DNA from: Eledone cirrhosa
Taxonomy: Eukaryota
Direction of reading: 5' to 3'
Length of the DNA: 64,000 bases
NCBI GenBank assembly: GCA_964016885.1
Contig: OZ024747.1
Location: forward strand, 69,440,001-69,504,000
The position numbers were made by a program, and so were the translations under genes. The notes below the pieces were generated by a model. That model saw only the letters and a program-made list of their open reading frames with translations, had not been told where the DNA came from and made no database searches. Positions 12,966 to 28,112 of this stretch are shown piece by piece; the stretch's first letter is position 1, and every line of letters starts with the position of its first letter.

Positions 12966-14510
12966 TCTATTCAAACAGTAGATTTCAACGGGTGTCTTCT
13001 TTGTTTACTTTCTACCCACTTATGTAAATGTACTGACACTTGCTACCATATCAGTTGGCCATTGAAAAGCATCTCTCCCATATTTTCTACAGTTTTCCTA
13101 ACAATATCAACACTTTCAACAATATATTTGGCTATTACAATCATCCGTCAATTATTGCATAACATTTGCTGAATTATTTTTCACTTTAAATCACAATAAA
13201 CGTCTTATATTTCTTCTTCGTCTTCTTCTTCATGTCCACTTCCTCCTATTTTTTCTGCTTCATCTCTTCCTCTTTCTTCCCCCTCTTTCTTTCTTTGCTT
13301 TTATCCTCTCTTCGACGCCGTTCATCTTTTTCTTTTCTTCTCTTAAACCTCATTCTTATTTTATCTTCCTTTTTTCAGCTGTCTTTTTTCTTTTCTTTCC
13401 TTCTCCTCTGCCCTTATTCCCTTCCTTCTTGTTCTTAATTTTTTTTTCTTTCTGAAGAAGTTTATTTTTATAGAAATATTTTGAGCTGGGCATGCCAGGT
13501 TAATTGAAACAGCCATTAATTATAGAATGCTCCCAGTGCAATAATTATTAAATGTGCCTCTCCAGTTTTCTATTTACAGCTAGGAGGATTACTTCAGGAA
13601 AGGTTAAGTAACATGGCTATGACACTACACAGAGCCATGGACACAGCTACAGACAGTTACCAAGCCAATATCTGTATCTTTCACTGACAACTTTTGCAGT
13701 TCAAACTTGTTATTTAAAAGGAAAATCCAGATTAGAAGCTGTTCATATAAATCTATCAAGAAAGTGCAATTTCTCAGTTATAAACAAAGTATCTGGGAGG
13801 ATGAAACCTCGGAAGAATGTAATCACTCATGAATTAGATTAGAATAGAATTCACTACAACTTCAAGATTTGTTGCATATGACAGTTGTCAAAATCAAACT
13901 TGCATTGAAGTGTACTTATTGCAGATTTAATAACCGCAACTGATTCATTAACTCATTTCCAAATAATTAAAATGCTTGAGGTTATAATTTAGATCTTAAT
14001 TAATGCATTTAAAATGTTATAGAAAGTGATAAAAGATCACAGTAAAATCTTTACTTTTCCTATTACTGCACCTGAAGGAGAAACTTTGAACATACATCTC
14101 TAACTAGTTGTTGTCCTTGAATAATCGTTTCACCTATCTACTACTGCTGCCTTCTCGAACAGACCAGCTGGAGGTCAAACAGATTTTATTGCATTAAATT
14201 TTCCAATTCAAAGACTGACCAAAATATTTCAAAGTTTGCCATGCTTCTGTCTTTCTTCTGCTAAGCATACTTTCTCGCCTAGTTTTCTTCTTTTCTCACT
14301 GCTAGAAATTATTTCGTCCATCTCTTATGTTTATTCATATATAATTTATTCGTAGTACGTTTCACGATTTGATTAATAATTTAAAAAATAATTTCATCTC
14401 TTGAAATTCTGGTTCATTCATCGAATTTTGTTGTAAGAAGAGTGGTCATATTTCAAGAGATGCTATATTATGAAAGCTATTTTGAATAACTAACATAATA
14501 AGTCGTATAG

Positions 14511-14685
14511 AGGGTGTTGCATTGACGATATCGTTAGAGCGTCGACAAAAATACCATGTGGTATTAAGATATGAATCTTTACATTCTCCTACCAAAGTAA
14601 ATCGGCTTTCATCCTTCTTGAAGTCGATTTAATAAACCATAATCTCTTTCCAAATGTGTGGTCTTGTTCCACATCTAGAAAGCAA
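14511..14685 (+). mobile_element. SINE family 1, highly diverged
   Basis: gctttcatccttc..gtcgat core and gtggtcttgt...tagaaa tail. Confidence 0.55.
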
Positions 14686-14741
14686 TAGTTCTATGGTTTG
14701 AAATTTCCTAATATGTTAATAGGAAAATATTGGGTAGTCAA

Positions 14742-14798
14742 GTACGAGATTTGTAGAAATTTCTAGAAAAAAAAAAAAAATTTCTACAAATTTCATAC
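14742..14798. repeat. Inverted repeat, 21-bp arms (19/21) around a poly-A spacer
   Basis: gtacgagatttgtagaaattt ... aaatttctacaaatttcatac. Confidence 0.75.
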
Positions 14799-16637
14799 CT
14801 ATGAAGAGTAATATCTGTTACTGAGTAATATTAATGATGTTGTCTAAATACAACAGGAATTTGAAAATATAAAGTTCTTTATTAATTATTTCTTAATTAA
14901 GCAACTGAGATTGAGATTACGAGAATCAACAATCAAGATATTTATCTAGTTTAACATTATTACGCTGTGCATTTCATTATCATTGACTGTGGTTCTAATC
15001 AGAGACATTATATGATTTACGCATTTCCGTATGCTATCTTTTTGTCTAGACAATCAAATTTACTTAGATGTTCTTAATGTTATCTGAGCGAAGTCTATGC
15101 AATGGATTCGAAGCACACAATTGATTATTAGCTTTGTCAAAGCCAGAAAACAATGTCCTTATAAACATTCAAAAGTGGGAAAGATATATGACGTAATCAA
15201 TATATCTTTAAACAATAAACAAACCTCCATGCTTACAAAATTCTTCATAGATAGAATTGGTGACTATGAACAATAACTTCACATTTTTATTTGTAAAGAA
15301 GCACTAACTAAATTTGCATTCAAATTTATTCAAAAGGTTTATATCAATAAACGGTGAGACAATATTGAGTATACATGAACGAGCTATTAAAAGGCGTTGT
15401 TTTATTGATCTGTGAGTTTCCTGGAAGTTGAGCAACTTTTGTTTACTCATAAAAACTAACTAATCAAATACAACCATCCAATGTCTCTATTAATATATTC
15501 TTTAAATGCTTCGTGAAGATAAAGCTTACAGAATCTGAAAAGACGGTCTTAGGAAGAAGGAAAGAAACTGCCACTTTATGCGTGTGTGAATGGTTTAAAA
15601 CGTCAGGCTATGCAATTAAATAACAATTAGCTGAAAAGCCGTTTTAAAAAAGGTGGCACAATTAATGCCATTCAGAACAAATTATGCACTAGAGACGATT
15701 TATGGTTTGAAAAGAGTAATAGTCCAGATGCTGATGATGATCATATTGTTAACAGTAGGAATAATGTTTTCATGGGATTTAAAGATCACGAATAAAGCTT
15801 TTAAGTTGCATTTTATTTCTGTGTATTATTTGACAATGTGCCCATAATGACTCTATTGCCACAATTACTCAATACAAGTCATGTGCTGGTTTTCCCGTCA
15901 AAAAGTCTCTGCAACTGTGAATTAAGCAGGGAAGATAATATCTATTGTACAAAACGAATTTCATAATAGATTAATCTAATATTGAATTGATTGTAGTGCG
16001 ATTGTTGATTGCACATTTTTTCTATATGGTAAATAATTTGCGATAAATTATTCCCACGCCAAAATGGACTCAATATGAGCAAAGAGTCGGCGAAAATTAT
16101 TTTTTCCTAATTAATATATCTGTAACGAACATTTTGTTTGGTTTAAAACGACTGTTGTATAAGGACACTTCCGTCGGTGAATGTAGATATGTTTAATCAA
16201 TATCTTTATCTTGTTAAATAAGCAATGTTTCTGTATTACAAGACCGATAAGGTAAATTATTATCTAAGTGTTCTGAAAAGTTGAGCAAAAGAGAGAGAGA
16301 TTAATAAAGTATTGGATAGAATTCTGGTCCACTGCAAGTAACTTTTCTTTAAGAAGAAACTGAAACTAAACTCTGCATGTCCATAGAACACACGTTAGTT
16401 ACATACATTACTCATACTGTTTACAGGAGTGGATTATATCAACTGTTAGAGTTGAATGGACTTGGCTCTCGAGAAGACTTTCGAGGCTCAGATTAGACAT
16501 TAGCATGAAGCAAGCTATTAAACCCATGATTTATTGCTTACTACCATATTAGTTCGACCGACCATCCATGCCATTTATAGATAAGGAGATATTATGTTAA
16601 AACAAAATTTAAAATATTACAAAAAAAAAGTTTTCTA

Positions 16638-16823
16638 ATAATTGTTTCTACTTTTGGCACAAGGCCAGCAATTACCCAGTCTATTACTGGTACTTTATTT
16701 TATCAACCTTGTAAGGATGAAAGGCAAAGTTAACCTCGGCGGGATTTGAACTCAGAACGTAAAGGGTCGTAACTATGATGCAAAGCATGGCGTCTGACCC
16801 TCTACCGATACTGCCAATCCACC
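16638..16823 (-). mobile_element. SINE family 1
   Basis: High similarity to 20643-20826. Confidence 0.92.
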
Positions 16824-17119
16824 AATACTAAGGAACTATTGATAAAAAGTAAAAATGCATATTTGAGCATGTTATTATCATATGGGATATGGTAATGTTG
16901 ATATCTCAGTGTCTTTGAGATCACAGATTTCTGGATAGTTACAGTCGATCAACCTAACACTAGCTGTTGAATAACATAATCTTAGAGAATTCAAAAGGAT
17001 TAAAAGTATAAGTAGAATCGGATGGAATATGAACCCAGAATCTAAAGGAGTGTAACAAAACATTTAAACTGACATTGAGTTACATCTATAGCTCTACAGT
17101 CCTAGAGTTGTTGTAATAT

Positions 17120-17341
17120 CGATTTCTAATATGGGTTCAAGTTCACACATTTATAAGCGAAGTGTTTAGACAACTGAATTGACTCTTCTCCGTACACGAC
17201 ATGTACTTGATTCATCAAACCCCCTATAAATAAATGGCAAAATTGACCTTGACAGAATTTGAATACAACGTAATGTGACACACAAGTAAACACCTCAAGC
17301 GATTCTGGTCAAAACTCTACTGATTGCCATATCCATCGCCC
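17120..17341 (-). mobile_element. SINE family 1, highly diverged
   Basis: ggcaaaattgacct...atttgaat...ctctactgattgccatatccatcgccc. Confidence 0.55.
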
Positions 17342-17881
17342 TCAATGTGAAGCTGAAGTAATACTTAAGATGCTATATAACTATTTAATCGAGTCATATG
17401 AATGCTAACTGATTCACTTAATTTATTATAACGTATTAATTTCTGAGTCGTCAAAATTAGGATTGGGTATATGCTGCGATAAATCAATTTGATTATACTC
17501 TTTATCTAAAAATGTGTAGCCTTGTAATATTAAGGTAGTCACGAACGTGTTGTTAGAACGTTCGTTTTACAATCACATAGTTCCGTGTTCCAATCCTTTT
17601 GAGTGGTGTCTTCAGTAACAGTCTTTTAACATAGCTTTACGCTGGCCCAAACCAGAAACTATGTGGGGAAAAGCAGATGTTCTGTACTTAAGCTGCCTGC
17701 TATATTAACACCACCAACTCGGGTCTACTTTCTTGAAAGCATTGAGATCAGGGGTTCAGACTGAAAATAAAATGACATTAACGCGTGGCACTCCAGCCAT
17801 TGTATTCTTCATCCATTTCCAAGCTACGGAACAAAAACATACAATAAACGTAAACACATTCATTCTCTCTCACTCTCACTC

Positions 17882-17923
<42 letters not shown>

Positions 17924-20414
17924 CACGAAGGTACATTAATCCAATGTTTTGCGGTCGTTTCGGGGGACAAGCAACACTGAATCTTTGAATGTCAAGACGA
18001 CTGTCAGGTATAAACAGATATGGAAAAACATACTCACGAACCATATTGTAATACATAAACAATTTCCTTGGTCTTATAGCACAGTTGAACTTGGCAGGTT
18101 CAACTTTTGAGTTGGTGCATTTGGGAGGACAATACATAGTGTGTAGCTCAAAGGAAAGACGTAAGATAGGAATGTTTTATGAAGTCAAGTACGAGGGTGT
18201 CAGTATAAGGTACCTTCGTTATGGGCGAGATGTCGAGGGATATACCTGTTTAGCCTTGGAAATAGAGAGGATAGCAAGGTAGCGATTCATGAACTAGGAA
18301 GCAAAACAGAGAATACTTCATCCTTTATATAGCACAGGTATGTAAGAGAAAAAAAAGAAGAAAAAAATCTTTAGAAAGGAGTAAAACAAAATTGTTGATG
18401 TCTAGCTTGAGTGGTTACAGTTTTCCATTTTTGATATGAGAGCTGCATAGTTAACAGGCGGGGGAATCGCGTTACAAGGTCGACCAGAACAACCCGGGCA
18501 TTCACTAAAAGTATCAGTGCCGGCACCGCTTGAGAGGGCGATACTGTTGGAAAATACCAAGAGTGCCAGTATCTGTACGTAAGCATGCATTTTCTCAAAT
18601 ATTACTATGTCGAAAACTTCTCCCTATTTCTTTCTATCACAATTCCTCTCTCTCTTTCCTCGTAATTTTGTTGTCCCCCCCTCCTCTCACTCTTTGTTCA
18701 AACCTAACCTCTATTTCATTTACATACACCGCACATGTAGCTGCTTGTGTGTATTTAGAGATATATTATGTGTATTTTCGTGTATGCGTAGAAAGTAAAT
18801 ATCAGTATTCACACATATATAACATGTATTTTGTTTGTTTATTTAGCGCAGTCATGTAAATATTTGAATGTTATAAACGTAGAATTCAACTAATAAAATA
18901 ATACCTCTCCTATTTTGGGACTTTAATTTGGCCTTGTTGGCCCCGTGCACATCTTTTGTTTGTTACGGAAGAAACTTATGGCAAATATTTACGTCTCTAT
19001 AACTTTTCAGTTTTGCTCTGGCAAAAGTAAATATGTTACACGCGTCATTTTCTTTTTTATACGTTGTTTGGTTCATGTAAATGTCTATATTTATTCATCA
19101 CTATTCACTTGTAGATAAAAGTATAGACTTCAGTGTTAAAAGTGTATAATTCCGTATTAAATTGTGTGTGCACGTGTGGATATATTTGCTTGCAGAAGTT
19201 TCAACGAGATTTTTTTTTATTGACCTTCGACATGGGGGGATTGGTTGGTGAATAAAAGTGGAAGAAATCAAGAGTAATTTTGTGTAAATTCATTGATTTG
19301 TAGTTGGTCTGACTTTCAAGAATCTTCGGTTTTCTTTTTGATGAAAAGCAGACAATATCTCGGCTGTTCCTGTGACACAAAACTGTGTCCTTTTTTAAGC
19401 AATAAATGAGTAAACTAGGATATTATGAGAAAATATATGAGAAAAAGATTTCCCGCATTGCGATTTTCTCTTTATTTCTTTGTTACTAAGATATTTCTTG
19501 CTTTCTTCCGATAAGTCAAAGAAAATAAGAAAGAGAAAAAGTGCTAAAAAGGGCGAAAAAAAAAAAAAAGAAGGAAATAGGTGAAAGGTGAACAACAAAT
19601 CATTTATAAGTTCTTGTTATCTGTAAAGATTTAAGGTTTTCTATTGGACCAGATAGTCTCATTTATCAAATAATTTTGTGCTTCTTGGATGTTTCTACTT
19701 TTAGAATCATCTCTGAATAAATTATTTTTTTTCTTTATTTAATATTTGACGCGAGATAAAACCGTGAGTTGGCAAAAACGAAAGACACTGGCCGAAATTC
19801 ATAAAGTATTTGTTCTCTATCTTTCTTGATAGCATATACGCCACTATGGTCAATGTGTGTATTAGTTTAATTCAGTGGTTTAAACATACATATGCATGTT
19901 ACGTCCGTATTAAATTATTTAGAGGAGTGAAAATGATATTAAACATTAAATTATACTGGTCTGAAATTCTATGAAGAATTATCATGATTTTGACTGATTT
20001 ATTGGAGCTTGTGTTCTCATATTGGTTGCTTTAACTATAACCAGAACGTACGGGTATTCTGGAATAGACAGACTACTAAACTGTACCGCATACAATTAAT
20101 CACTGTGTGTATGTGTACAGTATTTTCTTCTGCTAGTCGCAGACATGGTATAACTGAAATGATGGATCTATCGATCACGTCTCGTCCTTTGACTGAATGC
20201 TTGCGTACGATAAGACTTTTCGATCAGAGATGGCCTTGGCCTGATTTCTGTGTAGCTTCGATATCACATTCCTGTTCGGGAAAGAGATGTTGTCGTTTAG
20301 TTTCAGATCCACATTGATAAGGCTGAAAATTGATGAAAGATGTTCCAACCATGTCCATCCCCCAATCTTTAATCATGGAATATAGTATCTACCACAGCCT
20401 TATTTAATTATGGA

Positions 20415-20615
20415 AGTAAGGTGGGATTTGAAAGAGATTTAGCCACTATCTCCTGCATGACCAGTAAGTGCTTAGAGCCTCCCTCACTGAATCAAGAAGA
20501 AGGTTTTATTCTGCCAGTGTCCCCTAATATTAACACGTAATATGACTACGACTTACGATCCAATGAGAATATCTATGTGGTCACTTAGCCTGTTAGAAAT
20601 AACAGCCAAATCTTT
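20415..20615. repeat. Dispersed short repeat (gatttggctgctatttctagcagg-like) in two opposite orientations; further copies at about 22815-22858 and 40942-40985
   Basis: Shared motif seen by eye; family unclassified. Confidence 0.5.
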
Positions 20616-20642
20616 AGATAGCTCTTTGCTATTTTAAATAAT

Positions 20643-20826
20643 TATTTCTACTTTAGGCACAAGGCCAGCAATTACCCAGTGCCTTACTGGTACTTTATTT
20701 TATCGACCCCGTAAGGATGAAAGGCAAAGTCAACCTCGGCGGGATTTGAACTCAGATCGTAAAGGGACATAACTATGCTGGAAAGCATGGCGTCCGACCC
20801 TCTACCGATACTACCAATCCACCGCC
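20643..20826 (-). mobile_element. SINE family 1, young copy with about 19-bp TSD
   Basis: CTTTGCTATTTTAAATAAT at 20624-20642 and 20827-20845. Confidence 0.93.
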
Positions 20827-20994
20827 CTTTGCTATTTTAAATAATGCAAGATATAATGAAAAATGCAGTTACGGAGATAGAACACAGTAAAGTGTGGCTA
20901 TAGTCTTGAGGTGATCGACAACAGATTGATGAAGAAATAGTAGATGACGTCATATGATGCACTATAAAATAGGGTGGGTTCTTAGAATCAGAAG

Positions 20995-21135
20995 AGCAAC
21001 ACCTTTTTGACAGCTAAGTCACGGAGAAACATGAAATAAATTGGCTTCCCCAAGCACAAAACGTGTCTGCAGGGAATCGAACTGACAACCTTATGATCGT
21101 GTGCCGAACACCCTAATAACTAAGCTACGTGCCTT
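20995..21135 (-). mobile_element. SINE family 2, diverged
   Basis: gaatcgaac (B box reverse complement) ... ctaa..actaagctacgtgcctt, shared with 46425-46450. Confidence 0.55.
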
Positions 21136-21168
21136 TACACACACACACGCACACACACACACGCACAC

Positions 21169-21234
<66 letters not shown>

Positions 21235-21288
21235 ATACTTACATACAAACAAACAAACATGTGTGCGTGTATAGCATTTATACGTATA

Positions 21289-21332
<44 letters not shown>

Positions 21333-21531
21333 GTGAGGTTTTTTTTACAAAATGAAAAATAACCGAGGTGTCCTACACGAGTGAAAGTATAAAGAGAAAA
21401 AGATGAAATCGAAAATGCAACTGGAGTGTTATTTAAAAATATATATATATATTTATTTGGTTCCTTTACCGGTTTCGCAGTTCTTCTGCTTTTCAAAAGT
21501 AGAGTTCAGATGGAGGGTCTGTGGTTTTTCT

Positions 21532-21583
<52 letters not shown>

Positions 21584-21825
21584 GTATGTACGTATGTAAT
21601 TATGGAACGAATCTTATCGAATAGAATTGACACAGCTTCGGTCGTTTACTCATTCACTCAGTAATTTAGTTAAGTCTGAATTATTTAAATTCAAACCCAA
21701 CCAATTTGAATTTACACTTAAACGTTAATCAGTGAAGATGATGACTTCGTGTGGGTAGGAAATATGAGTTGCCCTGACCAGTTTCTGCGATTCCAATCTG
21801 CCGGCGGTTGTCCGAATGGAACTAC

Positions 21826-21873
21826 CATATGTAGAAATTAGGTAATATTAATATTACCTAATTTCTGCATATG
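21826..21873. repeat. 48-bp palindrome (one T.G mismatch)
   Basis: catatgtagaaattaggtaatatt|aatattacctaatttctgcatatg. Confidence 0.9.
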
Positions 21874-21894
21874 TAATATTAATATAAGTTACGT

Positions 21895-22072
21895 GGATTG
21901 GCAGTATCGGTAGAGGGTCGGACGCCATGCTTTCCAGCATAGTTACGTCCCTTTACGATCTGAGTTCAAATCCCGCCGAGGTTGACTTTGCCTTTCATCC
22001 TTACGGGGTCGATAAAATAAAGTACCAGTAATGCACTGGGTAATTGCTGGCCTGGTGCCTAAAGTAGAAACA
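21895..22072 (+). mobile_element. tRNA-derived SINE family 1, young copy with 17-bp TSD
   Basis: A box TGGCAGTATCGG, B box GAGTTCAAATCC; ATTAATATAAGTTACGT at 21878-21894 and 22073-22089. Confidence 0.93.
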
Positions 22073-23377
22073 ATTAATATAAGTTACGTAATTATGCAGA
22101 AAACGCTTCGTCAGAGGCGGTTCACCTCCTTCGACTGGACATTTTCATCTGGCTATCTAGAACACGAGGGTGATGGACAAGTGATGTAGCAATAATCCTC
22201 AAAATTTCTGTGACACGTGACGTCACATCAAAGGGGAGGTAAGCCAAGCCCGACCAATTTACATGCGATGATCGAAATTGAGAAAAATGATCATGCCAGA
22301 AACACTCTACCAAAAAACCCCCGAGAGTTAGAAATAATTATGGAACGAAGCTTAACGAATACAATGGACACAGCTTTTATTCGGTGCTGAAACTTCACAA
22401 ATTGTTAGTCGAATCTTTTTATTTTCGATCTTCAGGCGATTATGGAAGACACGTAGAAATAATCGAGAATATATGATATATAGAGTTATAGGAATATAAA
22501 GTGAAAAGCTGGCGTGACGAAAAGGGAAGAAAATTAACCGTAATAAAAAAAATTACAAATGTGGTTGTACAAGGGAAATAACCTCTAAAATATACACATT
22601 GCAATTATAAAATCTTCATGACGATGATATGGTATAAATGGTGTCAAAATGTTCGATTGGTTTGAAAGAAAATATTGAACTAATAAAAAGATCAATTAAA
22701 TATTTTCCTTTCTTGGTTTTCTCTGGTTGAGCAGACCTCTGCTCAAAAGCATTGCAAATATGACCAACCAGTTTTATCATATACTTTGTCCAATGTGTGC
22801 TATTTTAAAGCAGGTATGATTTGATGCAATTTGGCTGCTATTTCTAGCAGGTTGAGCGTTAGTTTTCAAAATATGTGTAAACAGATAAGTACATCATCGA
22901 CGTAATGGACTTAAAATGTAAGTCCTTTGACAATAAATAAAAAACAGTCTGGTAGAAATATCTCCAAATGGATAATATAATATAATATTGTAATATATAT
23001 ACATATTCATACATATATATATATATACATACACACATATATATATACACACACACACGCACACACATATATATATATATATATATACATACATATATAT
23101 ACATACACAGACACACATATATACATACACACACACATATATATACATACATATGTATACATACACACACATATATATACACACACACATATACATATAT
23201 ATATATATATACATATATATATATTTATATATATACATGCACATATACATAGAGCTGCCTTCCACTGCATATTGCACATTGAGTACATGCCTTTACGCTT
23301 TTGGCTTCTAACTAATTCACCAATCTCTCTTCTCTGCTATCTCCATCTCTCTCTCTTTAAGATTGGTTACTCTTGAA

Positions 23378-23417
<40 letters not shown>

Positions 23418-24355
23418 GTAGCGTCTTCGGGAGATGAAGACACTCATAGTGCTAAAAGAAAGTAGCCCAGTATTCATTTAAGTATTATTGCGACATTGGT
23501 CACGTTTCGGGTTAATCTAGTACGAAAACTAGTAAACTACTTATCGGGTGACTAAATAACACATAAGCTCCATTTCCGACCGTTAATAAGGAAAAGGTCA
23601 TATTTTCAAGCAGGCAAATTACGGCAAATAAAATTTGAAATTGATGGAAGAGACTCTTCTGTGTCCATGGAGAGTGCACGGAGCAAGAAATATCAGAAGA
23701 ATAATTAGTTATAAATAACACAAAAAGAACGGCTAAGACGACACATAAAAATATAATCTGGGAAAATCTTGGCAGTTTTATTCGTTTTATGCAACATCAC
23801 AGAGGAATACAAAATCTGACAGCTTCAAGATTCTTGCTCCAAAGATCGATTCAGGCTCCTTTATTTGTCAAATGTATAGTTTACCAATACTATGCGATAA
23901 TTTGATGAGACTGTTTGCCACACGCCGTGAAACTCTAGTTTCAATAATTTCAATACTGTGAAATTCTTTAGTTATGTTTTGTGGATATTGTTCCATTGTT
24001 GTTTAACCCTAGGTTATTACAGACCAAGCTGACCAGGAGACCTATGATGAAAGGCATTGCAGTTATGGACATCCCATCTTTTATCAGACACGATGTTTCT
24101 AAGAGTAGATCTATCCAATATTGCTTTTGTTCTTTTTGTAAGGGTGGAGAGTGAAACATGGACATTTGGTTGTTATTTATAGTAGGTAGAACGACCATAT
24201 CAAGTCACCTTCGCAGGAAAGGCTAGCACTGAAATTTCATTTTTTATGCTTACAAGTTCAGTATTCTGAAAATGTCAAAACAAAGCGAAAGTTCCTCATT
24301 ATAATACATTTCACAGGGGAAAAAAGAACCAGGAAGGTGCTGAGTATATTAACTA

Positions 24356-24995
24356 CAAGCAGTGGTACCCGGCGTTGCACGGGATAATGTATTTTGGAAC
24401 GCGGGTCGCCAACAGACCTAATCGTGGAAAAACTGCATGCCTGGACAATATGTAAAAAAAAATAAACCGAATACTCTAAGGGCTGGATAATCTTTAAGAT
24501 TTTCCTCGATGAAGCAGGAAAAATGCAGGTTTTCACCTAATGCGGGCCCTAGTGGATCAAGAAAATGAACTTTTTAATGTGCATAATATGCCTTGAAATT
24601 TCGGGGAAATCCGCTAGACGTAACGCCTCAAAAAAGCCCTAAAAAGCTGAAAAAATAAAGTTTTTCACCTAATGCGGGCCCTAGGCCATAAAAAAGTTGG
24701 ATTTTCTTTGCTCACGATATGAAGAAGAGACCGACTAATACATAGTTACAATTTCAAGGAAATCGGTCTGACGTAACGCCTCAAAAACCCCTAAAAAGCT
24801 GAAAAGAACGCAGTTTTTCACCTAATGCAGGCCCTAGGGGATAAAAAATTTAAATGCTTTTATGTGCATAACACTCCCTGAAAGATAAGTAATACACATG
24901 TAAAGTTTTAAAAAAATCGGTTGGGTATTTCTCGAGTTTTAGGGATTCAAACTCACAGGCACACACACACACATCTTCAGTTTTTTATATATAGA
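24356..24995 (-). mobile_element. Non-autonomous Helitron with internal 130-150 bp tandem repeats
   Basis: Minus strand begins A|TCTATATATA and ends with the hairpin CCCGTGCAACGCCGGG about 12 nt before CTTG|T (variant of CTAG); three copies of ttttcacctaatgc(g/a)ggccctag. Confidence 0.72.
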
Positions 24996-25334
24996 TTACA
25001 TAAGCACACAGCATTGTAATAAAGTAGCCGGACCCGAAGAGATTCAACATTATAGAAGTGCCCTCATTTTCCTATAAACTTTTATATCTTACGAGATGTC
25101 GAAAAAGATTCGGGACGCCATCATTTTGATTGTACCCTGAGCTGATCAATATCGAAACAATTGTTAAATATCAATAAAGTTTGTACTTATGCTGCAAAAC
25201 TGACTCCAATGCTTCTTAATCTATTTACACTGCACATCACAGCCGCCTTAACTCTGGAATACAACCTACATCATACAACGGACATTGAGTGCTTCGAACG
25301 GCGCGCCGCTTGTAATTGTAGTTATACACCTAAC

Positions 25335-25496
<162 letters not shown>

Positions 25497-27008
25497 CAGG
25501 TTAAAAGTTTAAGCAAAGAATCTTTGCTTTCACATTTTTCAGAATCTTCAGTAACTGACATGTAAACTCTGTGTACACAAATATAAATATTTCAAAATGT
25601 TACATGTAAATATCATACTGAGAATACAGGAAGACAGAACGGTTCAAGCGAGCTACAGGAATGAACTTACAAATAGAATAGATGGAAAGAATTATTGTAG
25701 CAACAAGCTAAAGGTGCATATAGTTTATTAAATAAACCGAATGCTTGAATAAATTACGAATTGCTACCATGTATTAAAAATATATCAATCATGGTAATAG
25801 TGGTAGTAATATTAATACTAATGATATTAACAATGATAAGGGTTTCTTTATTAGAAACACAGAGCTCACATTAAGAAAACATTAAGGATGGCATATGGTT
25901 TTAGCGTGTAAAAGATTTTAACAAAACCAAGGAAACAAAGAAAAACAGGGAAAAATATTCAAACAAAATACATTCCTCTATAGTGGGGGACTCGCGGTTC
26001 ACTCTTAAAGTAAGCTGACAACGAATCATGGGGACTCTGATCGTTAGGGTAAGTGCCCCCTCCATGTTATCCTCCTCCCATCTACAGGTGCACACATAGA
26101 GCAGGTTCATTCACTCGGACCAATATTCGCCACTCACACCTTTAAAAAAATCTGGTTGGAAGGTAGCATTTCTCTTTCCTTTCCGATTTTCCTCTACAAG
26201 TGAAATCTGAGGAAGTCAACCCGGGATTCGCGGAAGAGGAATGTTCATGTCTTCAACCCTTTCAAGTGTCCACAACACCACCTCTTTCGCCATCGTCACC
26301 ATTGACAAACAATCCCTGCTCTTCCCGAGAAAATGAAGGTGCCGGAGCAATCTTCATGATGGATCGATTTTACTCTAATTGCGCTTTTCAGGGCGAAACA
26401 CCATCTGTCAACGCCCACGTAACTAATTCACTAATCTGTTTTTTAATCTTTGTACGCCGGGAACGACGCGTTTAGTTTCCCGTCAAAGAGTTCGTGCCTA
26501 TACAGTCGACCATATAAGTCACAGATATGTGGTCTGTATAATCGACTACTTTGATAAGTAGACAACCTATGTTAGCTTTATTTACTTGCCTATAGAATAA
26601 CCTATCTAGATACGATCAGGATGATTCAATGCGCTTTGACGATGTCTACATTGGCACATTTGGGAAATCCAGTCGGTATCTGTGAAACAGTTGAATACGT
26701 CTGAGCAAGTTTGTGAGGCTTTTACACCCTCCTCTCTTATCTGCTAGTCCCACAATCTCAGCGTCTCAATGTAGTAATTATGTTGCAAATAAAACATGTA
26801 TGATGATATACTACTTTTACTACTAATAGCGTGACTAACTTATACCTCTCTTAATGTGCATGTAATTCACATATATTATATTTATATCGTTACACATTCC
26901 AGCATTAACATATTTAAGCATACAACTCCTGTGCCCGCACATGTATGTACGAGGCTCGCATATAAATATTCATGATTAGATGCATATACTCGCCCACATA
27001 CGTATACG

Positions 27009-27114
<106 letters not shown>

Positions 27115-28112
27115 TGCATAGACTCGCACATACTATCGCATATACTCATGTAAGTATTTGCATATACGCATGTATGTATGTATATATACATAAAAACATA
27201 TTTGCACATAAATGTGCATAAGAATATGTTGCTATACATATTCCTATACAAGTACACACGAAAGTACGTATTAATATGCATGTACATGTATATTCAACAA
27301 GTAACACCACCAGCGCTACCCCCATCATATCACTTAACACCACAAAACAACAACCACAACGGATTCTAACTTATTGAAATCTCGTATGGTATAAAATACG
27401 AACGGGCTTCCTTATCCACACAGCCATATTATTTATTATGTTCTTCCATATTTCATTACTTCAATCATTTAGAGAAAAAAAATCCAACACTTTTCCACGA
27501 TATCTTTTTATTTTATCTTTGAGATAAGTCTTTTTCAGTCATTTGTAAACAATCATCTGATTAAATGCCAAGAACTTAAAGGAAAATGCTGTCTAGGGAG
27601 CCAGGCCATAATTATCCTGATTGCTTTCTTCACATTCGTCATAATTTACATATCTGCTCATTAATGAAACTGCGGAGAGTGAAAGGGCGCACAAAAAAAC
27701 AAAATAAAAAACAAAAAACAAAAACAGAAACATGTCTGGAAGATATACTATTTATGACCCTTTTATTTTTCCTTCTGCATATGGAATACAGTTTACTTTT
27801 ACAATGCTTTCAATGACCAACAGATTATACAGTGTCATACAGACGTATAACATACACACACACACACACACACACATCCATGCATAGTCACGCGCACAAG
27901 TATAATTCTTTTTACAAAACGTTTTTCTTTGACATTTCAGGTAGACGCGCTCCATAATCCACTTTTCTAAAAAAATAAATCATATACAACACGCCAGCAT
28001 CAACATTTTCCAAGAGATGTCAACATGAGTGGACCTGTTATTTTTATCTAAAGACATTTTTTTCAAATTCCAACCTACCCGTCCCTTCAATCTGTCTTAT
28101 TTCTCATTCTTC

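Noticed and set aside
21895-21980. tRNA gene
   Set aside because: A and B boxes belong to a multi-copy SINE with TSDs; no complete cloverleaf.
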